From Wallemia ichthyophaga EXF-994 (Eukaryota > Fungi > Basidiomycota), in assembly GCF_000400465.1 (NCBI RefSeq), contig NW_008806276.1, positions 180,001 through 212,000 on the forward strand: a stretch of DNA of 32,000 bases. Direction: 5' to 3'. Made by a program: the position numbers and the translations under genes. The first letter of the stretch is position 1, and every line of letters starts with the position of its first letter. The notes under the pieces were generated by a model. The model was given only the letters and a program-made list of their open reading frames with translations. It searched no databases and was not told where the DNA came from. Shown here one piece after another: positions 11,280 to 22,868 of this stretch.

Positions 11280-12223
11280 ATGAGCATTTTCTTCAGATTG
11301 CTTGACCTCCCAGTAGAGCTGGTAATGATGATCATAGAGAATTTTGAACACAAAGAAAGACTAGAAGTATTGTCAACTTGCCGACTGATCCGGAAGATGG
11401 ATGAAAAATACATTTACTCGAGCTTAAAAACACCAAATGTCCGCCTATACATCGAGACTGGAATTGACGGCTACGAGATGTGCTCATTAACCAGGGACAC
11501 ATTTGAGAATAGCATCGCTGTCTTGAATGGCATCGCAGCGGACGAGAATCACAGAAAGCTCGTCAAGTGAGCTGAGAGCCTGCTCATATGACAGTGCTAA
11601 CAGTGCTGAATCTTTACAGATCACTCAAACTGACCGCTTACTGCAATTCCTTGCTATCTAGATCGGATATCTATTGGCTGTCAAAAGAATTGACGAGGAC
11701 CTTCGCTCGCCACTTTGACGAGCAACTGGAGTCTCTTACCTACATCAACACGTTCTACTGCGAGTTCGTCGAGAAAACACCATTCAACTTTCCAAATTTG
11801 AAAAAGCTGACGCTAGGAGAGTTGGGTGATAATTTCGCATTCGACAATTGGCTGATGAACGCCCCCAATCTGGAAAAATTGGACATTTTTTGCATGGAAT
11901 GGAGCTATGGTATGTTATCTCATCAAGATATTTGCAGCTCAAGCATCGAGAAGCTGGTTAAAAGGGAGTCTAATTTCCGTCTGAGGATATTTACTTTTGA
12001 GATGTGGCATGCGCCTGAAGATGCCAACGACAACGACAACGACAGGGAAGAGTCTTACGACGAGATTGATCATTGGCACAGTGACTTGATAAGGGCTATA
12101 GCGGGCGTGTCAGATTTCGATGATTTAATGCCTTACGTCGAAAGGTACAATGTTCGCGAGTACCAGATGATTCAAGGATCGCTCAAATTGAACAACTGCT
12201 ACCACGCCTTAGGTCATAGGTAG
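11280..12223 (+). CDS. F-box protein, probably with an LRR-like C-terminal region; 2 exons (intron about 11567-11619)
   Basis: N-terminal LLDLPVELVMMIIENF...LSTCRLIR is F-box-like. FPNLKKLTL and APNLEKLDI are LRR-like repeats. The GTGAGC...TACAG intron joins the two ORFs in frame. Confidence 0.7.
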
Positions 12224-12534
12224 GACCACATTCGATGTGCATGCTTAGCGTAGTATCTGATACCCATAAATCCTATTATATCATTTGTGCACACTTCTTG
12301 TAATGATAATGACAATTAACAGTTTAATACTCTTACTTTCGTTCGATGTGTGTTGTGAAATAGATAGATAGAATTCATAACATATAGTCAAAAGCATTAC
12401 AACGATTAATAATCTTCGCCTATCTATAATTCTTGTGCATTGAAAGCTGACGATTGTAGTGACTCATAGGGTTGTATTTCTTGGCATGTGTGCCGTAAAT
12501 GGAGAAGGAACTACGTGGAGCTACCGGAGGCGCG

Positions 12535-13060
12535 CGGGTGGGTGCTGAGCTGGTTTTTGAAGAATTTTTAGAGAGCTTTGAGAGCTTTTTCATTTGAAAG
12601 CATATATTTCATCTCGAACCTACTCCAATCCATATATCCTCCTCCTCAACGATAATCTTGCTTGATCGATCTTCCTACATCTGAAAATCCTATGTTTGAT
12701 ACTGTCTACTTCATTGCACTTGCTGCAAAGTGGTGAGTCGGACATTTTGAATTGGTATCGGTAAGACTTGGCAACAGGGAAGTGGTTTGAGCGGATCTGT
12801 TTGGCCACACTTCGCGTACCACGGGGAAGCTTGTTGAGCATCCTTGCCGCCTGTGTAGAGGTCATTCTACCCATTGCTCTCTCTGCATCTTTTGACTTTG
12901 GTCCTGGTAAAATACATGCATCTACTCTCAAGAGAGCAGTGTGTCGCTCACGCAGGCGTCTACGGAAAGCGGAGAGAGCCGGCTTGAGAGTGAAGTCAAT
13001 GGAGATCAATAGTTTGTTTATCTCCGCACACCGCAGGTTAGGTTAGTTTAGTGTGGCGTT
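12535..13060 (-). pseudogene. Second, decayed copy of the LINE 3' remnant (homologous to 10127-10795), in inverted orientation
   Basis: FTLKPALSAFRRRLRERHTA aligns with LTLKTSYSAMRSRMRERYTA, and QIRSNHFP...CSKCNEVDSIKHRIFRC with QLRSGHLP...CSACGTEDTISHRIFC. After a frameshift near 12630, RFEMKYMLSNEKALKAL*KFFKNQLST aligns with RFELVPILRNAHSLRALYEFFKLQLTT (stop at 12568-12570). The 5' boundary is approximate. Confidence 0.75.
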
Positions 13061-13207
13061 TCCAGTATATATGATTTTTTTTAAATAACTGCTTATGAAA
13101 AGCCTCGGAATGAAAAGCGTTAAAAGCGTTTGCAGCATCTACCTAGAATTACGTTGAGTTATAGCAACTTTTTGATACATTAGTTTCAATAAGTTGCTAT
13201 TGTCATC

Positions 13208-13310
13208 GCTTTCGTGGCTTAGGGGTTATAGCGCCGTGTTAACACCGGCTCATCTGAGAAGATGAACAGTTGCTCCGCGGAGGTCGCCGGTTCGATTCCG
13301 GCCGAAAGCT
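13208..13310 (+). tRNA. tRNA-Val(AAC) with a 30-nt intron (13245-13274)
   Basis: Acceptor GCTTTCG/CGAAAGC, D arm with GGTTAT, anticodon stem CCGTG/CGCGG, loop TT AAC A|C with the intron at 37/38, T arm GCCGG TTCGATT CCGGC, and a T5 terminator immediately after. Confidence 0.9.
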
Positions 13311-14306
13311 TTTTCACCACGAAAAGTCCTTTTTCTGGCAGAAGCTGATGTTATTTTGCTCTTCGGTCTGACGAAGCACCACAGAGCATCACAGATGAAT
13401 ACAATAGATCCGCTCCTCTTTGTTACGAATGTGTTCATATTCCATTATTGCCGCAAAATCTACTATTCAAAAATGATGAAAATGTCATCCAACCTTATTG
13501 AGGATACAGTAAAAAGAGCAAGGCTTTCGCTTAAGTGGCAATCTTGGAAGAATTAATTGGTAGGTAGTATCAGCTGGATACGGAGAGCTGTAATCGTATG
13601 TCGGTACAGTGGCAGTGGAGAAAGAATCGATCACTCTACTATCCGAATTCAAACTAACTACAAAAATCACCATCAAATTACCTTTTCGAGATACTTTGAT
13701 TATCGGGCTGGTGGCCATAAGTGAGCTCTGAACGGTACAAAAGCAAAATAGGCTCTGAGAAAATGTACACTAATATTAAGGCATGAATGTTACTGATAAA
13801 TATGCAAGTTAATCTAGACCGCTAGTAAAATTTGTAACAAATAATTGCTGGATTGTTTAACTTAACAGAGTCTAATTAGAGGGTACTCGAGATATCGGAA
13901 ATTCCCGCAATAGTCTAATATGAAATCAATTCCCACCAATCGCCTACTTCCTCATTTCTAATCCCGCACAGGCACATATCACTGATAGTAGATGGTTCCT
14001 AGTCAAAACGGAGAGAAGCCACGCTACAAATTTGTAATCCTCAGGCCGAATTAAGAGTATAACAACTAATGTATAAAAATAAGTACATGATACCTAAATC
14101 CCAATCTGAAAATCTATTGCAAAAAAATTGATTTTATCCATGAACTAAATCCAGTTCAACTGATCCATCCATCCATAATTCTAATTAATGTGTTGTTTTG
14201 TAATTGCTATCGTTGCGTGTCATGATATACTGTGTATAAGGTTGTTTAGGGGTGTGTAGATTGTGTAAGGATGTCTAAAGTGTGCTAGTATGCGCACTAA
14301 TATCAT

Positions 14307-15935
14307 CTATACTGCGCAAGAGAATGGATGGTCGAATGTGCCATTTTCATAACCAGCCTTGATATTCTCAACTGCTGAGTAGATGCCGAGCGGGGTGATG
14401 ACCGCACTGAAGGCGATGCAGAGACATGCGAGTGCGATGAATGGTGAGCGCTTCAATGTGAATACGTGCTTCCAGGAAGGCTCGCTGGTGCGATAAAGGT
14501 GAAGAATACAGACACCTGGCAAACCGAGAGCGAACCAAACACTGAAGATTGAGCTGATGATAGAAAGCATTTCACTGAAGAATGGAATGAGGTTTGCAAT
14601 GACCCATCCAAATATCCAGAATGAACCGACAATACCCATCCAGGCGAAACGCATCCTCCACGACTTTTCAGTGAGACGCTCAGAGTGTCTGAAAGCCTGG
14701 ACGTAGACAAGCTTGGCACCGGCAGCAACTGGGACAACACCGGCGACGAAAATTGAAATAAGGGCGATGGCATAGGCCGTAATCATGACAGGACGAGCTG
14801 TCATGGTGAGAGAAGGTGATGTAACATATTGACCACCGAATGAGTAGATTGTAGCGCCTACTATGGTGTAGAAGGTGATAGAGAGGACTTGGACGATACC
14901 CAAACTCTTCTTGAAGTCGTCTGGTCTCTTCATTTCACTGACGACAGTGAGGACGATTGCTTGACCACCCCAACCGAAAATGATGTTTGTGAGAGCGCTA
15001 ATAGTACCGATAAGACCATGGTTTTCGAAAGCGTACCAATGGATGGGCTCATCACCTGGTGAGACAAGTCTGCTATCGTCTTGGACACCAGTTGCGATAA
15101 TAGTGATGAAGGAGGCAGTGAGAATTGCGGTAACAGATGCAATTGAGAGGAAGGTCAATTTCTCCAATCTACGCGATAGCGACATGAGGAAGGAGACAAC
15201 CGCCATAACGACTGTCCATACGATACTGCAAACGAGGTCGTTGTTGCCAATCATCTTTCTAAATGCGATACCACCGGAGAGGACGTGGCTAGCTGCCATG
15301 AAAACGGACTTCAAAACGAGACCATATCCAAATATGATTCCACCAACTTCACCAAACATAATTCTACCAGCATCACCGTAGTTCATACAACCAGGATACT
15401 TCTTCTTGAACTCAACCAGCCAGATACCAGTCAACCAGCACAACATCCCGAGGAAGAAGGTAGTGAAAACACCACCGAACATACCCATTTTGTGGAAGTT
15501 TGATGGGAATGAAAGGATACCAAGAGCGACTTGCTCACAAGTAATCAATAAACCTGCACTGATCCAGCCCATGTTGCGGAAATTGACCGCACCTTCTTTG
15601 TGTTCTGCTTGAGCAGAGAATGGGTCGACTGTGAGGGTATTGTTAGGTGGAGTAAACAAGGCGTAAAGCAAACTCACCAGTAGCGTCGACTTCTTCAACA
15701 GGATCCAAAGTTGCTCTGAAATGAGGCTCTTGCTTTTCGGCTTCTTGGTCTGTCTTCGACATGCTGCCGATGCTTGATGTTCTTTCGAAGCTGTTGTGCT
15801 TTTCGTCGCTCACTAAGGCAGAGTTAGATCAGTGCATCAAGTTTGACTGGCTGAGGAGTGGCTGGCAATCTTATCTTAACAAGAGAAAGACAAGGCACTA
15901 GACACTCATAGCAATGTCTTTTGGTTATACTCACT
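14307..15935 (-). CDS. Transmembrane amino-acid transporter (AAAP/Aa_trans family, Mtr-like neutral amino-acid permease); introns 15813-15934 and 15629-15677
   Basis: About 11 hydrophobic segments, with NMGWISAGLLITCEQVALGILSFP, NYGDAG and SEMKRPDDFKK. The N-terminus was reconstructed by splicing; the start codon is split by intron 1 (A|TG). Confidence 0.88.
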
Positions 15936-16325
15936 TTTATGTGATTGTTAAAGATGAAGAAGACGGATTGAGGGAAATATAAAGGCGCGTTATCAGGTGC
16001 AAGGTGGGGAGAAAATTCTCAAAATTTAAGCGAGGATCACTTGCGAGCTGACGTTGTTCCTAGTTTCAGCTCGGGTTTAATGAGCCACTAAGATTATTGC
16101 AAGAAGTAACGCGCTAGATAGTTTGAATATTTCTATCGATTTTCGTCTCCGCTTTTGGTTGTACACAATTCTGCAATTGTCTCAAAGCGGCTACAATCCC
16201 GATTAGGGAGGAATAAAGGGTGATAGGTGTGACAAGGATATTAATAGTGTTTTGTTTTCATAATTGTAGTACAAAATTGTAAAAACCTTACATTTCAGAC
16301 TTGCTCCTCCTTGCTTATTTCGAAG

Positions 16326-18203
16326 ATGCTGCGAGTGAGTTACCGGTTCGCGGGGAGATTCCAAAACTTAGATAATTACAAGGTTGCTGTAGAAGGCTGT
16401 GCCCATGGTCTGTATCTCAGACTGTAGTCTCTGTCTCCCCCTCATACGCACCACAGGATCACTCGATATTATTTACCGCGCGATCGCTGAGAATGACAGG
16501 ATTAGCGGACACAAGACACGATTACTCCTCATTTGCGGAGACTTTCAGGTGTGCTATATTAAGCCCGCACATCTGACTTGCATCTGACGCCTCGCTTCTG
16601 CGGTTCAGGCTTTGAGGAATCACTCTGACTTCAACACGCTTGCTGTCCCGCAAAAATACAAGCAGCTGGGTGATTTTTACAATTATTACAGTGGCAAGAA
16701 AACTGCGCCTATCCTGACCATCTGTATCGGTGGAAACCACGAGGCCAGCTCGTACTTCTGGGAGTTGTGAGTTTTCTCGTGGAAGTATTAATTACTCGGA
16801 TTAATGCTCCCAGATACCACGGCGGATGGCTAGCTCCAAATATCTACTATCTAGGTCGCTCTGGCTCTGTAATGGTCGATGGCGTCCGCATTTCTGGCGC
16901 TAGCTGCATCTACAAGCCAAAAGACTTCATAAAGGGTGAATGGATTTTCATTATGACTACACATCTAACAACTCTATAGGATACTTTGAGAAAATCCCTT
17001 ACAACAACTACACCCTGAGATCAACCTATCACATACGTCAGTTTGATGTTTCGAGGTTACTGCATGTGGGTACAGTCAATTTTCTTGCCATACTTCTCAT
17101 CTCAAGACAGCTACCTAAACCAGACATCTTCCTCTCTCACGACTGGCCTCTTTCGATAGAAAGATACGGCGATACGAACGGCCTTATACGTAAAAAGCCT
17201 TTCTTCAAGGATGAGGTGGGTAAATTTTGCTACAGCAGTATCTCCCACTTATTTCGAAATTTCAGATCTCTAAAAATGAGCTCGGTTCACCACCTCTTCT
17301 CACCCTCCTCCAGAATCTCAGACCTAGGCAGTGGTTTTCGGCGCATTTGCACGTATACTTCAAAGCCAAGTGGCTGTCAGTGGCACAAAGTAGCAGCAGC
17401 GGCAAGCGTATATCTTCATCTCCTCACGCAAAGCAACCGTCTAAGCGTCTCAAGATTGTTGAAGACCCAACTGAATCTAATACTAATCCAGATGAGATAG
17501 CAATAGAAGACGATGTTGATGATCGGCCAGCTGAAGGGGCGAATGAATCAAAAGATAGACAGAAACACGACAGCAATCCCGAAGAGATCGCTATAGAAGA
17601 CGAGGAAGGGGATGAAAATGGTATAGAGCAAGTAGACGATATTAGCAGCGCACCTCAACCATCCGATGAAGAGGTCACATATTTCACAGCACTCGACAAG
17701 AGTCTTCCAAATCGCAAATTCTTAGAGGCAGGTATTTGTACAAAGTTTTGCAGTCCTAATTTTAACATATCCATAACAGTTTATCAATATAGAGACAGAC
17801 GACAGAAACGCCAGTCACAGGCCTTTTTTTACATTCGATCCCTATTGGTTAGCTATCACGCGCGCCTACCACCCCTTCATGTCTACACAAGACTCGCAGA
17901 CACTGCCATTAGAGGAGGAAGCCAAGCGCGAGATAGATGTGCAGCTGCAGTGGGCAAAGGAGTATTTGAGCAATGTGGAAGTGGAGAGTGTGCAGCAATT
18001 CGTTAAGACTGCGCCAGGTGATGGTGATAGAGGATTCACATTCAAAGGACAACGTAGGTGTAATTTTTTTAGTACGTATCTCTGACCGGCTACATGCAGC
18101 TCACACATACACTAATCCCCAGACTGAGGCTTTCTGTCAAATGCTAGATATACCGAACTTTGTTAATCCTCAGCCGTGTGAAGGAATGCATCATGACTTA
18201 TAA
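16326..18203 (+). CDS. DBR1: RNA lariat debranching enzyme; about 9 introns, one probably GC-AG
   Basis: Spliced motifs [57 protein letters not shown] and [11 protein letters not shown], plus C-terminal [11 protein letters not shown]. Confidence 0.95.
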
Positions 18204-18722
18204 TGCAAATGCGACAAAGGATAAGATACACAGATGCATTCGAAAGAGTATGATGAAGGACAAGCCGGGCTAGAAGAGCAAAGAACGCAGCCAATAGGAA
18301 ATACAATGTCAGTTGATTAGTATTTATTGTACATAATATGAAGATAATAACATGGTATAAAGCATGCGCTTCTTGAGTGGGTTATTTGCCGGGTGTCTCG
18401 CCGGGTGTCTAAGTGTCAATACGATTCCGAGACAAATTGCCAGAAATGTTAACTTAGTCTCGTAAGTCATTCGAGGCATCGGATAAATTCTTAGGCCATC
18501 AGGATACGTTAATAATTGATTGGCGCCTACCTCTTTTGTCTCAGCGTCTGAGTCGTCGACGTCATGCAATGTTTTATGACGCACAAGAATGAATAGACAC
18601 ATGATTTCATTAGTAGGACTGAGGGGATAAACGTAAAGCAATAAGAAAAAGATTCAGCGAGTTATTCAACAAAGGAAAAATATCATAAGAAACACCAAAA
18701 AAGATTGGTTGTAGATTACCAC

Positions 18723-18830
18723 TACTTCAGACGGGGCTCGAACCCGCAACCTTTGGATGGCTAGTTCAACTCGGTTTGAACCCTTCGATGATACTAGAAG
18801 TCCAATACTCTACCATTGAGCCACTGAAGC
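18723..18830 (-). tRNA. tRNA-Arg(TCT) with a 36-nt intron (18759-18794)
   Basis: GCTTCAG TG GCTC AATGGTA GAGT A TTGGA CT TCT A [intron] A TCCAA AGGTT GCGGG TTCGAGC CCCGT CTGAAGT A. A T6 terminator lies at 18697-18702. Confidence 0.93.
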
Positions 18831-19703
18831 GCCCGTTGCGCTAATCGGTTGTTGACACTCACGAATTTTGTTACAAAATATTTCAAACATACACAAAACC
18901 TGAAATGCAGAAACATCATCATCTTTTTTTGAAGCATTTATGGACAAATTTGGTGTTTTACACGCTTTAAAATCTAGTTATTGCGTGGTGACAGTGCTAA
19001 CACCTATTATAATGCAAAACCAAAACATATCAGCGAGAGAAGTGGGAATAAGAAACGCATCTCAAATCAATTTAAATTAATCAACTGACTAATCATTTAT
19101 TGGTGAAAGTGATAGTATCTTCACAGCTATTAGCGCTTCGAGGAGCACCTAAAATGCGTTCAAAAATACATCGCCAAGTAAAGCAAGCTCGGAAATTGTG
19201 CAAAATAACAATTGATTGTTTACTATGTCTACCGAGCTCTATCGCTTTGATTGGAATTTAGGTATGCTACAGGGATTAATGAAAAGAGTTCGCTAGAGTG
19301 CTGGAAAACTCACAGGAACTCTGTATCTATTCAGCGGCTCTGATTTCCAGGATATACCTTTTTCAACTCTTGTCATCTTGCAATCATTATCGGGAATAAA
19401 GTAAAATGGAGGGATCACTAGCAATTTTGCTAACGATAGTAGTGGTGATAACGTGAATCTAACTTCTTGCATAACTTAATTCTAACGTATTTGAAACAAG
19501 TCTGATGACGTTTGTATTCTGCGCTCTTTCTTCGTGCTTGGGGGATGGGGTACGGGCAGCTTTCACAGACACAACGCACAACAGATCAGCATATGCATAT
19601 AAGCGTGGGATTGGTCGACGCGTCAATGAATTGGAGGAAATGGAGATGGAGAGCTGGGGAAGGTGAACCCAAGAATTATATGTGCAGAATTTAAACGCTA
19701 TAA

Positions 19704-21114
19704 TCATACAAAAGCTTGAATGCCAGTTGTAGCTTTGCCAAGAATCAACGCGTGGCTATTTTAGTTGTAAATTCAGTGATACCCTAATAAATAGAACTTA
19801 TAACTCACATATCGTGTGTACCTTCGTACGTGTTTGTGACGTGCAGGTTGTTAGCAATCCGACCGACATGATACTCGTCGGCCACACCATTACCGCCAAA
19901 TATATCCATAAGCGTGCGCGTATGTTGCAAAGCCATACCGCAATTGTTGCGCTTCACGAGTGAGATCATCTCTGGGCTGTAGGTATTTGCATCCATCAGT
20001 CTTCCAACTTGCAAAGACGCGAGAAGACCCAGCGGAACTTGAGTAACTGCGTCAGCCAGTTTCTTTTGGACGAGTTGAAAAGACGCTAATGGACGATTGA
20101 ACTGCTTTCTATCGAGGGCATATTCTCTGGATTGAGCAATAACATCTTCCAATGCACCCATCACACCCCACGAGATACCGTAACGCGCTTGGTTGAGACA
20201 GCTGAATGGTCCTTTGAGACCAGAAACATTGGGCAAAATGTGTTCTGAGGACACATGTACATCATCCATATATATCGATCCTGTAAGCGAAGCTCTTAAG
20301 CCCATCTTATTCTTGATTGCAGGCGCCGTCAAACCGTCCATACCCTTCTCAAGGATAAAGCCTCTAATTTTGCCATCCCATTTACATTTCGCCCATATCA
20401 TAAACACGTCGCTAATTGGAGAGTTGGTTATCCACGTTTTGGAGCCGTTGAGTTTGTATCCATGGGGTGTTTCTTCAGCTATCGTCTCCATTCCGTTTGG
20501 ATCGCTTCCATGTTGTGGCTCTGTCAGTCCGAAACAACCTACTAGATCGCCGGATGCTAGTCCTGGAATATATTTCTCGCGTTGCGCTTCGCTACCGAAA
20601 GCGTGGATTGGATACATTGTTAAGCTCGATTGAACCGACATTGCCTGTGTGGGTAGTGTGAGAGGGTGATTTTGAACAAAGTGAGTGACAAACCGATCTA
20701 TATCCACTATCGACTCTCTCAACCTCCCTCGTGATCAAGCCGTATGCCACTTTAGAGACACCGGCACAGCCGTAACCGTCGAGAGTGGCGCCAAGGAAAC
20801 CTAACTGACCCATTTCTTTGAGTATCTGACGATCAAAGTGTTCATGTCGTGAAGCTTCGAGGATTCTAGGCGAGAGTTGTTCTTGTGCGTAGACTTTCAC
20901 GCTTTCTCTGTAGCACGTGTGAGCAGAATGCTGTGCAATCCAGCAGCACTCACTCAATTGCCAGTTCGTCTTCAGTTAGTAGCGTGTCGAGCTTGAGTGG
21001 GTCTCGGAAATCGAAATTGATGAATTTAGAAGAGGGGATGATAGTGCTAGTCGCAGAGGAATCAACTGGAGGTCTCTGCGTCGTTATAAATCTTCTGCCC
21101 AAATTTCTTAGCAT
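19704..21114 (-). CDS. GCDH: Glutaryl-CoA dehydrogenase, mitochondrial (acyl-CoA dehydrogenase family); several introns
   Basis: Basic N-terminal presequence, then [50 protein letters not shown] and [16 protein letters not shown]. The spliced end reads [24 protein letters not shown]. Confidence 0.93.
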
Positions 21115-21446
21115 CGCAGTGATTGAATGGTTAAAACGGGGTTGATGATAGCATCATAGCAGTTTGTCACATGGCTTCGGGTGTGCGATATTCACGGAGC
21201 ACGCTGATTATAGTTGTACTCCAAATTTAGCTCTGATCAAGCTAGCTCACATCAATGGCTTATGACTTAGATTTCAAAGTACATTGATTGGCAACGAAAA
21301 TTCAAAGATTTTAAAATTAATACAATAAGCCTCTTAATCTCCAGCTCTTGAATATCACACTGCTGGAAGAAAATTTCGTCTGCTCCCAAGAAGATTTTTG
21401 GCGTCTTCAGCTTGTTCTCCATCCATCAAACGCATATCAAAATAAA

Positions 21447-22180
21447 ATGAAGGTGAGCTAAAATATTGTCGGAGCTGATGGGATAATGTACATCACCCAC
21501 GCATTCTTCGATTTCCCCCTAAAGAACAACGCTGATGCTGTTATCATAGGTTTTCACAGTGAGTTTACTTTTGCTCAAAAGTAGTACTCCGCTTTAACAT
21601 TAATCCAGGACGTTGTCTCCGGTGATGAGCTTGCTTCAGACGCATACCCAATGAAGGAGGAAGGCCCATTCTTGACTATCGATTGCGAAGTGAGTCGATC
21701 CATCCACGTTCCATTAGCATCCGAGCTCAACGATATATTCTAGGTAATCACCGTCGGCGGTGAAGGCGCTGATATCGGTGGTGACGAAGGCGGTGTAGAC
21801 GATTCTAAGGAGCAAAAGATCAACTTGGTTCACTCTTTCGGTTTGAAACAAACTCAATTCGACAAGAAGTCATACACCGTTCACTTGAAGGTATTTTGAG
21901 ATATTTAAAAACAAAGGCATAGCTGATTGAAAATTTGCAGGACTACATGAAGAACGTCGTTGATCACTTGAAGGCCAACAACCCAGAGCGTGTTGATGGC
22001 TTCAAGGCTGAAGCTCAAGCTGGCTTGAAGGAACTCTTGTCCAAGTTTGGTGACCTCGAATTCTTCATGGGAGAGTCATTGTCTACAGATGGTCAAGTCG
22101 CTCTCCTTAACTACCGTGAAGACGGTATTACTCCTTACTTCACCTTGTGGAAGGACGGTCTCAAGGGACAAAAGATCTAG
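21447..22180 (+). CDS. TMA19: Translationally controlled tumour protein homologue; 5 exons including a 9-nt microexon (21550-21558)
   Basis: Spliced MK|VFT|DVVSGDELASDAYPM..., FDKKSYTVHLKDYMK, EFFMGES and LLNYREDGITPYFTLWKDGL. Confidence 0.93.
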
Positions 22181-22228
22181 AGTCCTTACTCGTATCATCT
22201 TTTCATCTTTATTCATATAAAAGTAAAT

Positions 22229-22372
22229 TCATACATCAATTTTCTTGGGTCTTGCGAGATTTCCCTTTGTGTGTGTCTGCTTGATTCTGTTGATGATTGC
22301 AACTCTTTTGAGATTTTGGTTGACAGTTTTCTTGCTGCTGCTATTGTTGTGTGAGGTGTCTGAGACTGACAT
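22229..22372 (-). CDS. Possible small basic protein (47 aa), below the ORF-track cutoff
   Basis: ATG-initiated MSVSDTSHNNSSSKKTVNQNLKRVAIINRIKQTHTKGNLARPKKIDV*, with a TATA-like TTTATATA about 50 nt upstream, a CA-rich leader, and AATAAA shortly after the stop. Confidence 0.3.
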   Translation of the reverse strand: MSVSDTSHNNSSSKKTVNQNLKRVAIINRIKQTHTKGNLARPKKIDV

Positions 22373-22868
22373 CGCAATCGTTCGTTGTGAATCGCGCTGT
22401 GAAGTAGTGAAGAATTGGTAAATATATAAATTATTGATTTAAGTTCTGTTGAGCCCTCATTGATGTACTACATAAGAACATTGAAAATTTTAGGCAAACA
22501 AGTTGCTAAAAGGAGATTCTTGTGTGAGATATTAGATAAGATCCTTAGAAGCATTGTTACAGTGTTTTATACGTTCGAAACCTTCAATTCGTAGGTCAAC
22601 TATGAATGTTTCGATAATATTACTGTGTTATGTAGAATGGAATGTATAGCGCATTCCTATGAGTGAAATCATTTAATGGAATATCCGTTGAAGAATGCCT
22701 ATGTCCATTGTTATCGCTGGGGATTGAGCAGATTAGAAGCTTAGGAGACATCCAGAGGCGAATATGCACTCACAACTACTCTCAGCCTCCCAATATAATT
22801 ATCTCCTCGCTCTCTCAAACACTTCAAAATTCTCTGTCTTCCTCCTTCACCTACCAGCAACACCGAAA

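Noticed and set aside
13485-13718. 77-aa minus-strand ORF next to tRNA-Val
   Set aside because: No recognisable motif or convincing splice structure.
18324-18641. Minus-strand ORF with a hydrophobic stretch and a 12-bp direct repeat (AGACACCCGGCG/A)
   Set aside because: No family recognised and coding status cannot be supported; it may be a small orphan gene.
21453-21549. Box C/D snoRNA in the 97-nt first TCTP intron (TGATGG...CTGA)
   Set aside because: The C box is imperfect, the putative D box coincides with the likely branch site, and I could not identify an rRNA-complementary guide.
22572-22582. B-box-like GTTCGAAACC in the TCTP-UTP15 gap, as a possible Pol III ncRNA
   Set aside because: No cloverleaf, and no recognisable U6, 7SL or RNase P sequence nearby; a short motif like this is plausible by chance.
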